Shown here: in pieces, positions 25,831 to 33,347 of the stretch
Position numbering within the stretch: position 1 is the first letter of the stretch
Layout of the letters: each line of letters opens with the position of its first letter
Assembly (NCBI GenBank): GCA_002410925.1
Contig: DHPR01000017.1
Span: 1-33,347, forward strand
DNA: 33,347 nucleotides
DNA from: a bacterium UBP13_UBA5359
Lineage (GTDB): Bacteria > UBP13 > UBA5359
Direction: 5' to 3'
Translations under genes and position numbers: made by a program
Notes under the pieces: model-generated
What the model was told of the DNA's origin: nothing
The model's database searches: none
Seen by the model: the letters and a program-made list of their open reading frames with translations, nothing else

Positions 25831-28653
25831 TCAGTTATTCATTGTATTCGGTTGTTTCCCAACCAACCAATATATCGAAGACATCAGCAGATCCCTGTCA
25901 ATGCCGGCTGCTTCCTGCGGCTCACCAGTCTTGAGATATGGGACTGCTCCGTTCAAGACCACCCGTCCCCTGCCCAGTTCCCCAGCTATGAGCACGGCAT
26001 CACCACGATCGTTTACGCAGACGGTGGTACCCCCCTGGCCGCGTTGCATGGCGATATGATCATAATACATAATCTCATAAGACCTGCCTATCTCCAACCC
26101 CTGCGCCAGCGGATGCCTGGCCGATACCTTTATGCTGTTGTTTTCTATGCGGTTGGCTCCCGTGCAAAACTCTGGGAAGATGCTTCTTTTCATGGGGAAG
26201 CGGTTGTAACCCACACTGTCGTGATACAAGATTACGCCCCTTCCGTCCCTGATAACCAGGTCTCTCACGGCGGCTTCAGCATCCCATACCTCTTTCTCTA
26301 CCAGCAAGAAGGTACCGTTATCCTGGTTGGCAAACCGCTTGCAGCTGGGGATTATCAGGCAATCATAGAACGAAGCCTCCTTCAAGGATGCTATGAATAC
26401 CGGCTCCATATCCCTAGACTTGAGAAGGGTGGTATAGATGGCATTCTGCCCAACAACCAGGCCACCGGAATCGTTAGGATTGTATATGGCTACCTTGATT
26501 CTTCCGGTTCCGCCATTCTGCCGGGTTTGCATAAGAGACAGGCGCAAGTCAAGCGATTTATATGCCTTATCCAGCGCTGCCAGCCATGTGGCATACCTCC
26601 ACGTCGGCAATTCCTTTTCTGCCACGGCCATAGCATCCTCAGCTGATTTCATGCTTGCCCTGGCCTGCGCCACCTTTCCCTCCTTAGCTAGTTTCTCTGC
26701 AACCAGAAGATGATAGTTCACTTTCCCACCTAAAGCAGCCGTTTTCATATTAGAGATAAAGGTTTCCAGTTGCATGAAACCGCCGTCCTTTTTGAAGCCC
26801 TTGCCCTGTTCTTTGAAAGCAACCAGCATCTCCCAGGCATTCTTCGCCTTCTGATACTGTTCTTTTATAACATCTGGATTGTGGAATATCTCTGTATACG
26901 GAGGAGCATTATATCTGCCCATCCTCAGCAGCGGCCTGCGAGCAATACCCATTCTCAGAATCTGAGCCATCATCGGTGCCGCATCAGTCCCGTAGAGTTC
27001 TTCACAGATACGAGAGAGAAAGCTTTGGCAGATGGCCTCAGGTGCCGTGGTCGATTTGTTCCACAGCCAATCATGGAATTCCATGCCGTCAATATCCATC
27101 ATGGGCAGACGATACAAGTCCTCGACATACCTTTCAGCCTGAGCCCCTTTCTTGGCATAAAGGGGCTCTGCTCCGGGGGCATCAACGTTCCACATATATT
27201 CCGCCGCCTGCAGCACGTTGGGATCCTCGGAGTTCTCATAAGAGAGGTGCTGGTTCACAAAAACTAAATCCTTGCTACCAGGATAATAGCCGGATTTGAT
27301 GGCGAATCTGATTTCACTGGAAAAATCGCGGCCAAGCACCAGGGGACAATGCACAACGTTACGCCAGTGGCAGACGGGCTGCCTGACAACCTCTTTCCAG
27401 GAAGCCTGGCAGTCCCGGCTCCAGTCGGCATTCACCAACCAGACATCCTCCGGTATCAGCTTTGTCAGTTTGGCAAAGAACTGCCTGTAGGCAGCATTCT
27501 CCGGCAGGTTCAACTGCCCGTAGTACGGTTCGACCACAAAGACCAGGCTGGTCTTTGGCGAGCGAAGTTTGACGGCTTTGTAAATAATATTCAGCTGGTT
27601 GGCTGTGGCGGCAGCCCTGTCGTCGCCGAAACGGTTACGGGTAATCCGATCTCTGTCACTCCAGTATTCTGTGGGCGATCCATCCCGGAAATGAAATATG
27701 AACCATGGAAAACCGACCTCGGCAATAAAATTCGCTGCCTTCTCAGCTTTAGCTGTTATGAGATCATCCCTGCCCCAGCTCCAATAGGCACCGCCGGCTA
27801 TATTGCAATCCTTAAACGCCGGATTATCCTTATCTTGAGAAACATAGCCGACGCTGGTATAGAGCATGAGCCCCATGATCTGTATCCCCCTGGCGACAGC
27901 GCCATCATTAAAAGCACGCAGCCATGCAATGTCCTTTTCAGCAGGTACGGTCTTGTTGCCGTTGGTAAAACCCCAGAGATTGACGGACACCATATCTATC
28001 TTATGGCGCAGGCACCAGTCCAGATATAGCAGCGCGTCTTTGATGGGCCTCCGGCTGTCGGGAGGGGTTACTGTAATAGCCCGGTTATATAAATCCGGCC
28101 AATCTTCTACGGCAGCCCTCAAAGCATACGGCTTACCGTTATCCGCTCTGATCAGTTGACTGAAGCTAATGCAAGCATAAAGTGCTCCCTGAGCATCCTT
28201 ACCGGCAAGAAGATAGACCGTCCTGCCACCCCTGTCTACCGAGGTTATGATATACCCAGATAACGGCATTTTATCTAGCTCCCGCCCTGAGGCCGGAGTC
28301 TGCTGTAAGTATCTGCCCAGAAGCCCGTTCTCTTCAGCGGTGCCGATGAGAATCAGGTTCGCTTTTTTTAACTCTGGCTCATCCACTTTGTCTTCGTCGA
28401 TGATTCTTATGCTCCCGCCTGTCAGAGCAGACACTCGGCTGATAATCTCAGCGGCGCCATACCTTGATAGATCAGAGGCTATTTTATCCAGAACTATTAC
28501 AGCCTCTCCAGAAGCCAGAGACACCTTACCCGTCTCCTGTTTCAGACTTTTTGGAGTAGGCAGAATATTAATTGTATCGCTGCCTTCGCATAAACCCGAC
28601 ATAATATAAGCTACACATAGACAGAAAAGCAATATCACAGACGCTCTATTCAC
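25831..28653 (-). CDS. Secreted multidomain glycoside hydrolase: GH20 domain 2, GH84-like barrel, C-terminal GATase/ThuA-like domain
   Basis: Signal peptide, ILPTPK, LAGKDAQGALYA, EDWPD, FIFHFRDG...ANQLN...LVFVVEPYY, AAEYMWN. C-terminal KVAIY...YDCLII...GRGVILYHD...GRGRVVL. Likely GTG at 28653 behind GGAGGT. Confidence 0.65.
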   Translation of the reverse strand: MNRASVILLFCLCVAYIMSGLCEGSDTINILPTPKSLKQETGKVSLASGEAVIVLDKIASDLSRYGAAEIISRVSALTGGSIRIIDEDKVDEPELKKANLILIGTAEENGLLGRYLQQTPASGRELDKMPLSGYIITSVDRGGRTVYLLAGKDAQGALYACISFSQLIRADNGKPYALRAAVEDWPDLYNRAITVTPPDSRRPIKDALLYLDWCLRHKIDMVSVNLWGFTNGNKTVPAEKDIAWLRAFNDGAVARGIQIMGLMLYTSVGYVSQDKDNPAFKDCNIAGGAYWSWGRDDLITAKAEKAANFIAEVGFPWFIFHFRDGSPTEYWSDRDRITRNRFGDDRAAATANQLNIIYKAVKLRSPKTSLVFVVEPYYGQLNLPENAAYRQFFAKLTKLIPEDVWLVNADWSRDCQASWKEVVRQPVCHWRNVVHCPLVLGRDFSSEIRFAIKSGYYPGSKDLVFVNQHLSYENSEDPNVLQAAEYMWNVDAPGAEPLYAKKGAQAERYVEDLYRLPMMDIDGMEFHDWLWNKSTTAPEAICQSFLSRICEELYGTDAAPMMAQILRMGIARRPLLRMGRYNAPPYTEIFHNPDVIKEQYQKAKNAWEMLVAFKEQGKGFKKDGGFMQLETFISNMKTAALGGKVNYHLLVAEKLAKEGKVAQARASMKSAEDAMAVAEKELPTWRYATWLAALDKAYKSLDLRLSLMQTRQNGGTGRIKVAIYNPNDSGGLVVGQNAIYTTLLKSRDMEPVFIASLKEASFYDCLIIPSCKRFANQDNGTFLLVEKEVWDAEAAVRDLVIRDGRGVILYHDSVGYNRFPMKRSIFPEFCTGANRIENNSIKVSARHPLAQGLEIGRSYEIMYYDHIAMQRGQGGTTVCVNDRGDAVLIAGELGRGRVVLNGAVPYLKTGEPQEAAGIDRDLLMSSIYWLVGKQPNTMNN

Positions 28654-28718
28654 TTTGCATACCTCCAATCATTCAACCCGCATACGGGTAATGCATCACT
28701 CTGTTGCCGATGGTCTTC

Positions 28719-29453
28719 CTACGGGCCGTAATAGGATGTCCCCGTAGATATTTTTCCTGATGAATGATCGCCGTCAGCATCTCGGCAAAAATAGTCTAAT
28801 CTACCTGAGTAAAGAGGATCTGTCAAAAAACGCCCGCTTGCCCCCTCCCCGCTGTTCCACCATTTAACATGGCCATCGGCATATAGAATATTTATCCCGC
28901 TTTTATGCCAAATATTTATGGGCGCACCAACGAAATCATCAGTAGCTATCACCCAATTCCAGGCCGTTTTTTCTACCAACGAATAAAGCTTGCAATATCC
29001 ATACTCATTATTATCCCGATAACTGTATGAAGATGCGAGCGGATCAGTATGCGGCCCTCCTATGGTAAATCCCGCGCCGTATGATAAAGGAGCAGAAGGA
29101 CAATAAAGTATACGCCCGTCTTTAATATATCCGCAGGAGTAAAGCAGCCCCAATCCTACCCAGCCGCCATGCTTGGTGTCAGACTTAACATATGAGGTAT
29201 GGCAATCAACAATTCTGCCATCTCCTCTCCCTATTCTAGGTAAGTAGCCGTCGTAATCATCGGCATACATATGAAGAGCCATCCCGATCTGCTTTAAATT
29301 GCTCTGACAGGTTGCCTGCCGGGCCTTCTCCCTGGCCTTGCCGAAGACAGGGAAGAGTATACTTGCCAAAATTGCGATAATTGCTATAACTATTAGAAGT
29401 TCAATAAGCGTGAAGCCTGCACTATTTTCGGATGATACTTTAAATAGCCTCAT
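28719..29453 (-). CDS. Prepilin-type N-terminal cleavage/methylation protein, DUF1559 family, with H-X9-DG motif
   Basis: [50 protein letters not shown], and exact [12 protein letters not shown] (28872-28907). Confidence 0.93.
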   Translation of the reverse strand: MRLFKVSSENSAGFTLIELLIVIAIIAILASILFPVFGKAREKARQATCQSNLKQIGMALHMYADDYDGYLPRIGRGDGRIVDCHTSYVKSDTKHGGWVGLGLLYSCGYIKDGRILYCPSAPLSYGAGFTIGGPHTDPLASSYSYRDNNEYGYCKLYSLVEKTAWNWVIATDDFVGAPINIWHKSGINILYADGHVKWWNSGEGASGRFLTDPLYSGRLDYFCRDADGDHSSGKISTGTSYYGP

Positions 29454-30201
29454 TGCCAACACTCCCTTGCTTTATAGTTGTCCTGGTATTGAAAAGTAAC
29501 CCGGTTTTATGTATTTGCTGCTCCCATTTCAAAACAGACCCATCTTCCAGAGAGAGTATCTCCGTTACCAGCAATACCGGCGCACCGGCATATGTTCTTA
29601 AAAGGGTGGCCGTTTTGTCGTCAATCAGAATCGGAAGAATTTGCAGCTCTCTATGAGCAACCTTTAAATCGCTTCTCTTTTTCAAATACTCTGTCAGGGA
29701 TCTTTCGGCCAATTTTCGGCCTATCATTTCTGGTATGAACTTATAGGGTATGTAACGCAATTCGCTGCACAGAGGCATCCCGTTGGCCAGTTTCAATCTG
29801 TTGATACGAAATAATTTCTCCCCTTCATCAACCTTTAAACGCTCAGCCATCTCCACATCGGCAATCACCAATTCTTCTTCAAGAAGCCTTATGCGCCCGA
29901 CAAAACCTCTCTTCTCTCCTTGCGAAAAGAAGCTCTCCACATATTCAAGGTCTTCTCTCTGCATCACTTCATTAACAAAAGTTCCTTTGCTGGGGACAGA
30001 TACAAGCAACCCCTCGTTAACCAGGGAGCCTATAGATTTGCGAATAGTTACCCGGCTGACATTACATAATCTGCTCAGCTCTCTCTCCGACGGAATCTTA
30101 TCGGCGGGCTTTAAACTTCCAGTCTTGATCTGCTTTAATAAGAAATCCCTTACCTGTATATGTGCCGGAACGGCGGTAGCTTTGCCAATATTCCCTATCA
30201 T
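29440..30201 (-). CDS. GntR family regulator, HutC/UTRA subfamily (NagR/DasR-like)
   Basis: [20 protein letters not shown]...KGTFV wHTH followed by a UTRA-like domain. Confidence 0.93.
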   Translation of the reverse strand: MIGNIGKATAVPAHIQVRDFLLKQIKTGSLKPADKIPSERELSRLCNVSRVTIRKSIGSLVNEGLLVSVPSKGTFVNEVMQREDLEYVESFFSQGEKRGFVGRIRLLEEELVIADVEMAERLKVDEGEKLFRINRLKLANGMPLCSELRYIPYKFIPEMIGRKLAERSLTEYLKKRSDLKVAHRELQILPILIDDKTATLLRTYAGAPVLLVTEILSLEDGSVLKWEQQIHKTGLLFNTRTTIKQGSVGNEAI

Positions 30202-30223
30202 GTAAAAGCCCCTCTTCTGAGAA

Positions 30224-30249
30224 ACTGGTTAATACCGGTAAATACCACT
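30224..30249. promoter_or_regulatory. Two overlapping dre-like GntR/HutC operators
   Basis: ACTGGTTAATACCGGT (30224-30239) and ACCGGTAAATACCACT (30234-30249). Both resemble the DasR palindrome ACTGGTCTAGACCAGT and cover the predicted transcription start. Confidence 0.7.
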
Positions 30250-30252
30250 TAC

Positions 30253-30281
30253 ATAGTATCGCTCTTTCGGAGTCTTGTCAA
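30253..30281 (-). promoter_or_regulatory. SigA-type promoter of the GntR-prepilin-GH operon
   Basis: Minus strand TTGACA, 17 nt, TACTAT. Confidence 0.8.
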
Positions 30282-30562
30282 GCAAAGGCTTTCAAGTCTT
30301 TTTTAAATGAAACAACGAATACTTCTTTGAATACTTTTTTACCTGGGCCTACGGGGCAAATGCATTACCTCAAGTTCGCATCCATTCGCAAGTATAGAAT
30401 TTGAAGTCAGAAATCAGAATTACCGGCTGGTAATTAGGGTATTGTTTCTAGTGGCCATATGGTCAGGCAAAGAAGGTCTACATTCTTGGCAGTTGTGAAT
30501 AATGTGACAAGAATACAGAAGTGCATCTAGAGTCAGGCTATCCAGCTTGGAATGCTTTGAAC

Positions 30563-31660
30563 TTAGCAGGCTATGCTTTTGCCGTTCCGCATTGGAGAAT
30601 GTCCCGGTCCCTTGCCCACACTGCGATTGATAGAGGATAAGATACCGGATATAGCTTCGATGCCTTGCTCGGTGCCCTCATTGATACAGATCTTGCCGGC
30701 ATAGAGACGATAGCTCTCTCGATAACGCAGCGGCGTAAAATTAGGCATTAGAATATTGGCACCGCATTGAAGCGCCTGTTGCCTTCCCTCTGAATCCAGA
30801 GTAGCCACGGCCGTAGTGGCCGGTATCATCAGCAAAGGCGAGTTGAGACGGAGCAGAGCCACCTCTCGCAGGACAATATCCAGTGTTCCGCATTCAGCAT
30901 CGCTCAGCGGTGTACCCTCAGCCGGTATAAAAGGACCTATTCCAGCCATCTCCAGCCTCATATCACGTACGAGCTCCACATCGCGGGCCAGACTCAGGTA
31001 AGTCTGCCCCTGCAATCCTACCATATTACCGGAGCCCGTCTGATAGCCCAATTCCTTAAGCCGGCGCAGGCAGAGAAGGCGCCGCTCCAGCGTCATTCCG
31101 GGATGCAGCCTGGCATACAATTCCGAGTCCGACGTTTCATGGCGAAGCAGATAGCGATCCGCACCGGCCTCCTTGAAGGCCTTGTAATCTTCATAACTGC
31201 GCTCACCGATGGATAGCGTTACAATCATGCCGTAGCGCTTTTTAATCTCTTCAATCATCCAAACGATCTTGCCTGTGTCATACCATGGATCCTCAGCAGC
31301 TTGCAGAACCGCCGTACCGATATTCAAGCGATGTGCCACGGCAAGAGCCTCCACTATCTCTTCAGGTTCCATCCTGTATCTTTCCACCTGCCGGTTGCCA
31401 AGCCTTATACCGCAGTAGCAACAGTTGTTACGACAATGATTGGAGAATTCCACCAGCGCACGCAGATAGACCTCCTCGCCCACAGCCTTACGGCGCACCC
31501 TGTCCGCGGCCTGGAATAAAGCCCGGACCACATGGCCCTCATCGGTAGCGAAGATATCGGTCATCTCTTCGACCGTCATAGCGCGACCCTGCTCAGCCTC
31601 TTCAATAATTTTCAGCAATCCGTTCTGCATCCGCTTCAACTCCGGGATACATTGTGTCAT
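30563..31660 (-). CDS. hydE: [FeFe]-hydrogenase H-cluster radical SAM maturase HydE
   Basis: RALVEFSNHCRNNCCYCG, TLSIGE, GADRYLLRHET, GSGNMVG, MAGIGPFIP, PATTA, GANILMPN, YRLYAGK. The true start may be ATG 31630. Confidence 0.88.
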   Translation of the reverse strand: MTQCIPELKRMQNGLLKIIEEAEQGRAMTVEEMTDIFATDEGHVVRALFQAADRVRRKAVGEEVYLRALVEFSNHCRNNCCYCGIRLGNRQVERYRMEPEEIVEALAVAHRLNIGTAVLQAAEDPWYDTGKIVWMIEEIKKRYGMIVTLSIGERSYEDYKAFKEAGADRYLLRHETSDSELYARLHPGMTLERRLLCLRRLKELGYQTGSGNMVGLQGQTYLSLARDVELVRDMRLEMAGIGPFIPAEGTPLSDAECGTLDIVLREVALLRLNSPLLMIPATTAVATLDSEGRQQALQCGANILMPNFTPLRYRESYRLYAGKICINEGTEQGIEAISGILSSINRSVGKGPGHSPMRNGKSIAC

Positions 31661-31685
31661 GCTTAATCACGCAAGTCAAGAAGGG

Positions 31686-32555
31686 TTATCGCTCGTCTTC
31701 CCATTTTTTCTTGCTTAAATAGGCCCTGCCGCCGCAGGTAAGATTAGCGTAATTTTGCAGCCCTTTATCATGTCCGGCGTGGTGGGCGCAGCGGACCATG
31801 GGGATATCATTACCATACCCGTAAACCTGCCCGGGGTCCTGGACGGAATTGGTCGGGAAATAAACAGTGCCGTCATTCCTTCTAATCTGCGTCTCGCCAT
31901 GCCGGGTAGTGTGACATTTGGGGCAATAGCGACCGTAAACCTGAATCATCTTAACATCATGCCAGCTCCAATATTCGGCGGGGTAAGGTATCATAGGCTG
32001 CGCTGCCGTTTGTAAATAAACGCTATGCTTTCTACCTCCGGTCCGGCAGATTCCAGAATACGGCAAGGTTTCCCAATTGCTCGGCACAGGATTATTGCCA
32101 TCATAATAATGCGCCCCGTGAGCATCGGTTTCCATTCCTCTGGGGTCATCCGAACATGGGGCAATACCAAATTCATACATATAGCTGCAGGGAATACCAT
32201 TTCCGGAATAAGCGTAATCATCCAGTTCCGCATAATCTGCCTCAGTGTTACCCGGCCAACGCCAAACCGTTCCCTTATCATTATCACTGGGACATATCAA
32301 TACTTCGGCATTACCCAGATAATCCGGAACCAGTTGGGATAACCACGGAACATCCTTCCTGTCATAATCGGTTTTATACATCTTGAGCGCTATCCCGAGC
32401 TGATGAAAATTCGTTAAGCATGATGCCCGCCTGGCATTCTCTCTGGCTCTTCCAAAGACCGGCACCAGAATGGCCATCAACACAGCCATAATAACTATGA
32501 CCAAAAGCAACTCCACCAGTGTAAAACCCTGACGCCTATTCTTTATCCATGCCAC
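31686..32555 (-). CDS. Prepilin-type N-terminal cleavage/methylation protein (DUF1559-like, atypical C-terminus)
   Basis: [59 protein letters not shown]. Likely GTG at 32555 behind GGAGG. Confidence 0.85.
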   Translation of the reverse strand: MAWIKNRRQGFTLVELLLVIVIMAVLMAILVPVFGRARENARRASCLTNFHQLGIALKMYKTDYDRKDVPWLSQLVPDYLGNAEVLICPSDNDKGTVWRWPGNTEADYAELDDYAYSGNGIPCSYMYEFGIAPCSDDPRGMETDAHGAHYYDGNNPVPSNWETLPYSGICRTGGRKHSVYLQTAAQPMIPYPAEYWSWHDVKMIQVYGRYCPKCHTTRHGETQIRRNDGTVYFPTNSVQDPGQVYGYGNDIPMVRCAHHAGHDKGLQNYANLTCGGRAYLSKKKWEDER

Positions 32556-32823
32556 AACAATTCTTCCTCCTGACGCTACGCATATCTTAATACTCCCTGC
32601 CAACTGAAGCATTATACCACTTTCCTGCATTATACCTATAATTGGAGGAGAGAGATATATCTATTTTTCTATTTATACAACCATTAAGCCGGTGTCAATT
32701 ATATCTTTATTATCAGTATATCATTCAGTTGCAGATTCCTCAATTTGCAGTCAGTAATAATAGTTTGCCATATCTTGATGCCGGGTATACATAGAATAAA
32801 CCTTCGAAGGGAGTGTTTTCAGT

Positions 32824-33258
32824 ATGAGCATTATCAGATGGGATCCGATAGGCGATATTGCCAGAATACGCAATGAGATGGATAGAATGATGAGCGATCT
32901 GATGGGGGGAGTTACCGGTTCCGGATGGCTTCCGGCCATGGACATATGCGATATGGATGATGCTTTTATCGTAAAAGTAGACCTGCCGGGCATCAGCAAA
33001 GAGAATGTCGAGATAACAACCACTGAGAATATGATAAGAATAAAGGGAGAAGCAAGGCGTGAGGAGCATACTGAAAGGAGAAGCTGCTTCCGCCATGAAC
33101 GCATGGCCGGTAGCTTTGAAAGAGCCGTCAGTCTGCCTGCCAAGATAAAACCCGATGAAACCAAAGCATCCTTTAAAGATGGCGTTCTGGAGATACGTCT
33201 GCCTAAAGCCGAGAAAACGCGCCGGGAAGAACACCGCGTAGAAGTTGAAAGCCAATAG
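32824..33258 (+). CDS. Hsp20/alpha-crystallin family small heat-shock protein
   Basis: IIRWDP, WLPAMDI, VDLPG, ERMAGSFERAVSLP, ASFKDGVLEIRLPK. SD AAGGGAG. Confidence 0.96.
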   Translation: MSIIRWDPIGDIARIRNEMDRMMSDLMGGVTGSGWLPAMDICDMDDAFIVKVDLPGISKENVEITTTENMIRIKGEARREEHTERRSCFRHERMAGSFERAVSLPAKIKPDETKASFKDGVLEIRLPKAEKTRREEHRVEVESQ

Positions 33259-33267
33259 CAGCAGGCA

Positions 33268-33311
33268 GGGTCGGGCATTGAAGGATAAGAGCAATGCCCG
33301 ACCCCTCTTTT
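33268..33311 (+). terminator. Rho-independent terminator of hsp20
   Basis: 13-bp stem GGGTCGGGCATTG / CAATGCCCGACCC followed by CTCTTTT. Confidence 0.8.
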
Positions 33312-33347
33312 ACGGCCATGCCCGGAAGAAAAAGATATCCCGGCGGC

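Noticed and set aside
25423-26646. 407-aa plus-strand ORF
   Set aside because: Antisense shadow of two genuine minus-strand genes; no recognisable motifs.
32745-32775. Possible degenerate CIRCE upstream of hsp20 (TTTGCAGTC...GTTTGCCAT)
   Set aside because: The right half has about four mismatches and the spacing is 10, not 9.
32740-33294. Two minus-strand ORFs (184 and 175 aa)
   Set aside because: Antisense to the clear Hsp20 gene.
1-33347. CRISPR array, tRNA/rRNA, transposase, integrase or defence genes
   Set aside because: No regularly spaced repeats, RNA-gene signatures or matching ORFs were seen; intergenic gaps are short.

Overview
Bacterial chromosomal window, mostly on the minus strand. 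The core is a Gram-positive-style housekeeping run: polA-rpsA-hemW-[CIRCE]-hrcA-grpE-dnaK-dnaJ-prmA-rsmE-mtaB-HIT-rpsU, and further down a 7TM-HD phosphodiesterase, ybeY, dgkA/PAP2 and a truncated CNNM/DUF21 gene. Two accessory carbohydrate loci interrupt it. (1) A fucose-type locus at 4416-9071 has a LacI regulator, an L-fucose/L-arabinose isomerase-family gene, a divergent GH151-like fucosidase and repeated operators. (2) An operon at 22768-30281 has a GntR/UTRA repressor with tandem dre-like operators, a DUF1559/H-X9-DG prepilin-like gene, a secreted GH84-like multidomain protein, a secreted Ig-like protein and a cytoplasmic GH20, with no transporter. Locus 2 is the best candidate for an undescribed system (pilin-like protein in the position of the sugar-uptake module). 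The right end has hydE, a second atypical prepilin-like gene with a CxxCH motif, and a divergent Hsp20. Sequence-level oddities: hemW has no ATG/GTG/TTG start and appears to use CTG, in frame with the rpsA stop; polA may be leaderless; the CNNM leader has a long hairpin; YbeY has Asp for its third metal-binding His. No rRNA, tRNA, CRISPR array or transposase was seen. All family calls come from motif recognition by eye, not from database searches.
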